This document shows, piece by piece, positions 44,224 through 47,450 of a stretch of DNA of 47,450 nt. Position numbers and translations under genes: made by a program. How positions within the stretch are numbered: position 1 is the stretch's first letter; each line of letters opens with the position of its first letter. The stretch is from Candidatus Limnocylindrales bacterium (GTDB taxonomy: Bacteria > Chloroflexota > Limnocylindria > Limnocylindrales > CSP1-4). Where the stretch lies: positions 1 to 47,450 of the forward strand of contig JBQGDI010000009.1 in NCBI GenBank assembly GCA_052038965.1, read 5' to 3'. Below the pieces are notes generated by a model that worked only from the letters and a program-made list of their open reading frames with translations, ran no database searches and had not been told where the DNA came from.

Positions 44224-44798
44224 CGGGCCACGGCTCGGATGCCATCCCGGTGCCCGACGCGTCGTCACCCGAGACGCCGCCCGACGAGCCGCCGATGGTC
44301 GCCGATGGCCCGGTGGTCGCGCCCGCCGATCCCGCCGACGCGTCCCTCCTGGTCCTGATCGACCGCCTCGCCGGGCTCCTCGACCGGACCGAGCTGACGG
44401 AGCTGGAGGTCCAGGTCGGCGCGACCGGGCTCGTCCTGCGGAAGCCGTCGGCCATTGCACCGCCTGCGTCCCCCTCCGGCCCCGACGGTGCCTCGGCGAC
44501 CGCGGCCCCGGCGGCCCATCCCGGGCCCGGGGGCCCCGTTGGCGCCGCTCCGCCCATGCGACCGTCCGTCAAGGCGCCGCTCACCGGCATCTGGTATGCC
44601 TCGCCGGCACCGGGCTCGGCCCCATTCGTGAGCCTTGGCGGCGAGGTCGCCGTGGGCCAGGTCATCGGGCTCATCGAGGCGATGAAGCTGTTCAACGAGA
44701 TCAAGAGCGACCTCGCCGGCCGTGTCGTGCGGATCCAGGCCGAGGACGGCAAGCTCGTTCGTGCCAAGCAGCCCCTGATCGAGGTGGAGCCGCTGTGA
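44220..44798 (+). CDS. accB: Biotin carboxyl carrier protein
   Basis: APLTGIWY..P.PG..PFV, GQVIGLIEAMKLFNEIKSD with the biotin Lys codon at 44685-44687. ATGA overlap with fabF. Confidence 0.92.
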   Translation: MTGHGSDAIPVPDASSPETPPDEPPMVADGPVVAPADPADASLLVLIDRLAGLLDRTELTELEVQVGATGLVLRKPSAIAPPASPSGPDGASATAAPAAHPGPGGPVGAAPPMRPSVKAPLTGIWYASPAPGSAPFVSLGGEVAVGQVIGLIEAMKLFNEIKSDLAGRVVRIQAEDGKLVRAKQPLIEVEPL

Positions 44799-46009
44799 CC
44801 CAGTCGTCGCGGAACGGGACGATGACCGCGCCGCGGGCGCACGTCACGGGCTGGGGTCGCTACGTGCCCAGCCAGATTCTCTCGAACGCCGATCTCGAGC
44901 GGATGGTCGACACGTCCGACGAGTGGATCGTCACGCGCACCGGGATCCGCGAGCGACGGGTCGCGGCCGCCGACGAGACGACGGCCTCGATGGCCGCGGT
45001 GGCCGCGATGCGAGCCATCCGAACCGCAGGGATCGAGCCCGACGAGATCGACCTCATCCTCCTGGCGACCCTCACGCCGGACTACTGGATGCCCTCGACC
45101 GCCGCCCTCGTGAAGGAGGCGATCGGCAACACCCGGGCCGCGGCCATGGACGTCGCGGCGGCCTGCTCCGGCTTCGTGTACGCCTTCGCCTCGGCCCAGG
45201 CGTGGATCGCGGCGGGCCTCGCGAAGCACGTCCTGGTCATCGGGGCGGAGCTCCTGACGCGGTTCCTCGACTACGCCGACCGGGGCACCTGCATCCTGTT
45301 CGGCGATGGCGCCGGGGCCGTCGTGCTGTCGGCCTCGCACGGGCCGGGCGGCGCGCTCGGCGTGGAGCTCACGACGGAGCCGCAGGGCGCGTACATGATC
45401 TGGCTCCCGGCCGGCGGCGCAAAGAGCCCGCCCTCGGCCGAGACGATCGCCCGCGGCGAGCACTACATCCGGATGGAGGGCCGCGAGACCTACCGCTTCG
45501 CCACCAAGACGATGGCCACCACGGCCCTCGAATCGGTTCGGCGCTCCGGCCTCGCGCCGTCGGACGTCGACCTCTTCATCCCACACCAGGCGAACGTCCG
45601 GATCATCGAGGCCGTGGCGAAGGGCCTCGGTCTGCCGATGGACCGGATGTACACGAACGTCGATCGCTACGGGAACACGTCGGCCGCATCCGTCCCGATC
45701 GCCCTCGCGGAGGCCGTGAACGAGGGCCGCGTTCGAATCGGCGACAACGTCTGCCTCGTCGCCTTCGGGGCCGGCTTCACCAGCGGCGCGGTGACGATCG
45801 AGTGGACGGCCGATCCCGCGCGCGGCCGGGCCGGCGACGCCGCCGTGAACGCCGAGGACATCCGGGTCCGGCTGCCGGTCGACTGGGATTCGGTGGATCC
45901 GATCCCGCAGGCGCTGGCCGAGGTGATGGCCCGGCCGGGGCCGGTCGACGTACCGCTCGACGACGTGGTGCCGGGCGATCCAGAGCCGGTGTCCCACCCG
46001 GTCCGCTAG
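44795..46009 (+). CDS. fabH: Beta-ketoacyl-ACP synthase III with C-terminal extension
   Basis: VDTSDEWI..RTGIRERR, AACSGF, ILFGDGAGA, PHQAN, YGNTSAAS, FGAG. Confidence 0.94.
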   Translation: MTQSSRNGTMTAPRAHVTGWGRYVPSQILSNADLERMVDTSDEWIVTRTGIRERRVAAADETTASMAAVAAMRAIRTAGIEPDEIDLILLATLTPDYWMPSTAALVKEAIGNTRAAAMDVAAACSGFVYAFASAQAWIAAGLAKHVLVIGAELLTRFLDYADRGTCILFGDGAGAVVLSASHGPGGALGVELTTEPQGAYMIWLPAGGAKSPPSAETIARGEHYIRMEGRETYRFATKTMATTALESVRRSGLAPSDVDLFIPHQANVRIIEAVAKGLGLPMDRMYTNVDRYGNTSAASVPIALAEAVNEGRVRIGDNVCLVAFGAGFTSGAVTIEWTADPARGRAGDAAVNAEDIRVRLPVDWDSVDPIPQALAEVMARPGPVDVPLDDVVPGDPEPVSHPVR

Positions 46010-46024
46010 TCGCGGTTTGACGCG

Positions 46025-46888
46025 ATGCGCGTCGCGGTCAACGGCACGTCGTTGTGGTTCGACGTCGTGGGCTCGCGGCTCGTACCCGAGGGCCCACGGA
46101 TGCGACCTCGGCCTACGGCCGTCCTCGTCCACGGCGGCCCCGGGGGCTACGACCACTCGTACCTGCGGCCGTCGTTCGATTGGCTCGCCGATCACGCGCA
46201 GGTCGTGTACCTCGACCTCCGCGAGCATGGTCGGTCGGCGCGAATCGACCCGGCGGGCTGGTCAATCGACGCCTGCGCCGATGACCTCGCGAGGTTCTGT
46301 GATGCGCTCGGCATCGATGCCCCGATCGTCATCGGGCATTCGATGGGCGGGATGGTCGCGCTGCGGTACGGCCAGCGCCATCCGGGCCACGCGGGCGGGA
46401 TCGTGGCGCTCGGCGCAATGGCTAGATACGACGTCGCGCGCATCACCGACGGCTTCCGGCGCGTGGCCGGCGACGAGATCGCGGAGCTGGCGCGCCGGGC
46501 GTACGCCGACGAAGGCGTGGACGACGACGCATGGGAACGGGTGCGGGTCGCCTTCGGACCGAACGTGCTGTCACATGACGAGCGCCAGCGGATGCTCCGA
46601 AACGCGGAGCTGGGCGCCGCGGCAGCGCCCGAGATGATGGCGTTCGACATCGTGGACGAGCTCGACCGGATCGACGTGCCGACGTTCGTCGTGGTGGGCT
46701 CCCTCGATCCCGTGACGCCCGTCTCGGCCGCGGAGGAGATCCATCGCGGGCTCCGGACGGGCGTCGGCCGACTCGCGGTCATCGACGGAGCCGGCCACTG
46801 GCCGTGGCTGGATGCGCCCGGCGAGCTTCGCGACCTGATCGCGGGGTTCATGGCGCAGGTCGACGACCGCTCGGCCGCGAGCGCGTGA
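46025..46888 (+). CDS. Alpha/beta hydrolase (proline-iminopeptidase-like)
   Basis: VHGGPG, GHSMGG nucleophile elbow, GSLDPVTP, GAGHWP. Confidence 0.88.
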   Translation: MRVAVNGTSLWFDVVGSRLVPEGPRMRPRPTAVLVHGGPGGYDHSYLRPSFDWLADHAQVVYLDLREHGRSARIDPAGWSIDACADDLARFCDALGIDAPIVIGHSMGGMVALRYGQRHPGHAGGIVALGAMARYDVARITDGFRRVAGDEIAELARRAYADEGVDDDAWERVRVAFGPNVLSHDERQRMLRNAELGAAAAPEMMAFDIVDELDRIDVPTFVVVGSLDPVTPVSAAEEIHRGLRTGVGRLAVIDGAGHWPWLDAPGELRDLIAGFMAQVDDRSAASA

Positions 46889-46904
46889 TAGCGTCCGAGC
46901 GATC

Positions 46905-47333
46905 GTGAGCGACGCGTATCGCATCGAGCTTCGAACGGTCGACGGTGGACCGACGGCCGTCGCCGCATCCGGCCCGTTCAGCGTGATCACTGACCGGCCG
47001 GCCGCCGCGGGCGGCCGGGGCCTCGGGTTCAACGGCGGGCAGCTGCTCTACGCCGCCATCGCGGGCTGCTACTCGAACGACCTGTACCGCGAGGCCGCGA
47101 CCCTGGGGATCACGCTGCGCCGCGTCGCCATCACCGTCGACGGGGACTTCCCGAAGCGCGGCGAGCCGTCGACGCCGATCAGGGTCGATCTCGAGGTGGA
47201 GGGCGATTCGTCGGAGGGCCGGCTTCGCGAGCTCGTCGAGCTCGTCGACCGCATCGCCGAGATTCCGAACTCGATCCGGGGCACGACGCCGGTGACCCTG
47301 GCGCAAGTCCTGGGGAGGGGAGGGCTCGGATGA
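46905..47333 (+). CDS. OsmC-like protein
   Basis: [24 protein letters not shown]-terminal OsmC/YhfA motif; only one Cys. Confidence 0.78.
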   Translation: MSDAYRIELRTVDGGPTAVAASGPFSVITDRPAAAGGRGLGFNGGQLLYAAIAGCYSNDLYREAATLGITLRRVAITVDGDFPKRGEPSTPIRVDLEVEGDSSEGRLRELVELVDRIAEIPNSIRGTTPVTLAQVLGRGGLG

Positions 47334-47450
47334 TCGAGCTGTCGGGCAAGAGCGCCGTCGTCACGGGCGGATCGCGCGGGATCGGCCGCGCGATCGCGCT
47401 GCGGCTCGCGGGCCAGGGCGCGGACGTGGCGTTCAGCTACCGCGGCAACG
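47330..47450 (+). CDS. fabG: Short-chain dehydrogenase, probable 3-oxoacyl-ACP reductase (partial, runs off window)
   Basis: [44 protein letters not shown] overlap; fab operon context. Confidence 0.7.
   Translation, partial: MIELSGKSAVVTGGSRGIGRAIALRLAGQGADVAFSYRGN

Noticed and set aside
1-47450. Many long overlapping or antisense ORFs in the six-frame track (e.g. 15448-18003, 19102-21153, 44159-46228, 33672-35615)
   Set aside because: They are Arg/Pro/Gly-rich shadow frames with no motifs, expected from stop-codon scarcity in very GC-rich DNA. Each overlaps a well-supported gene.

Overview
Very GC-rich, gene-dense bacterial chromosomal segment. Gene content and style suggest Chloroflexota, possibly Limnocylindria/Ellin6529-like; this is inference, not tested. 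In order it holds: a GDP-mannose cluster (manC, phosphomannomutase, cupin); an ArsB/NhaD-type transporter preceded by a leader ORF; a class-III aminotransferase; a SWIM Zn-finger protein; two secreted proteins, one a degenerate metzincin; a cobalamin riboswitch with btuFCD; a methyltransferase-arginase fusion; a GcvT-family gene divergent from two tandem phytoene-dehydrogenase-like flavoproteins; trpS; an ECF sigma/anti-sigma module; hom-thrC-thrB; aspartokinase; and a large fatty-acid supercluster (birA, ECF sigma, anti-sigma, accD, accA, lysine-less accB-like, accC, fabZ, metallophosphoesterase, fabF, accB, fabH, hydrolase, osmC-like, partial fabG). The best novelty candidate is a BCCP paralogue sitting in the normal accB slot that has no biotinylatable lysine (EAMK->DVLG) and a His-rich linker, while a genuine EAMK-containing accB lies further downstream. 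This resembles plant BADC regulators of acetyl-CoA carboxylase, and an ECF sigma/anti-sigma pair is embedded in the same operon. Other observations: two long symmetric intergenic palindromes, pervasive TANNNT leaderless-type starts, a CTG start codon, an internal aspartokinase beta-subunit start, and a truncated nucleotidyltransferase. No rRNA, tRNA, CRISPR array, transposase or integrase was recognised. All calls were made by eye, without database searches.
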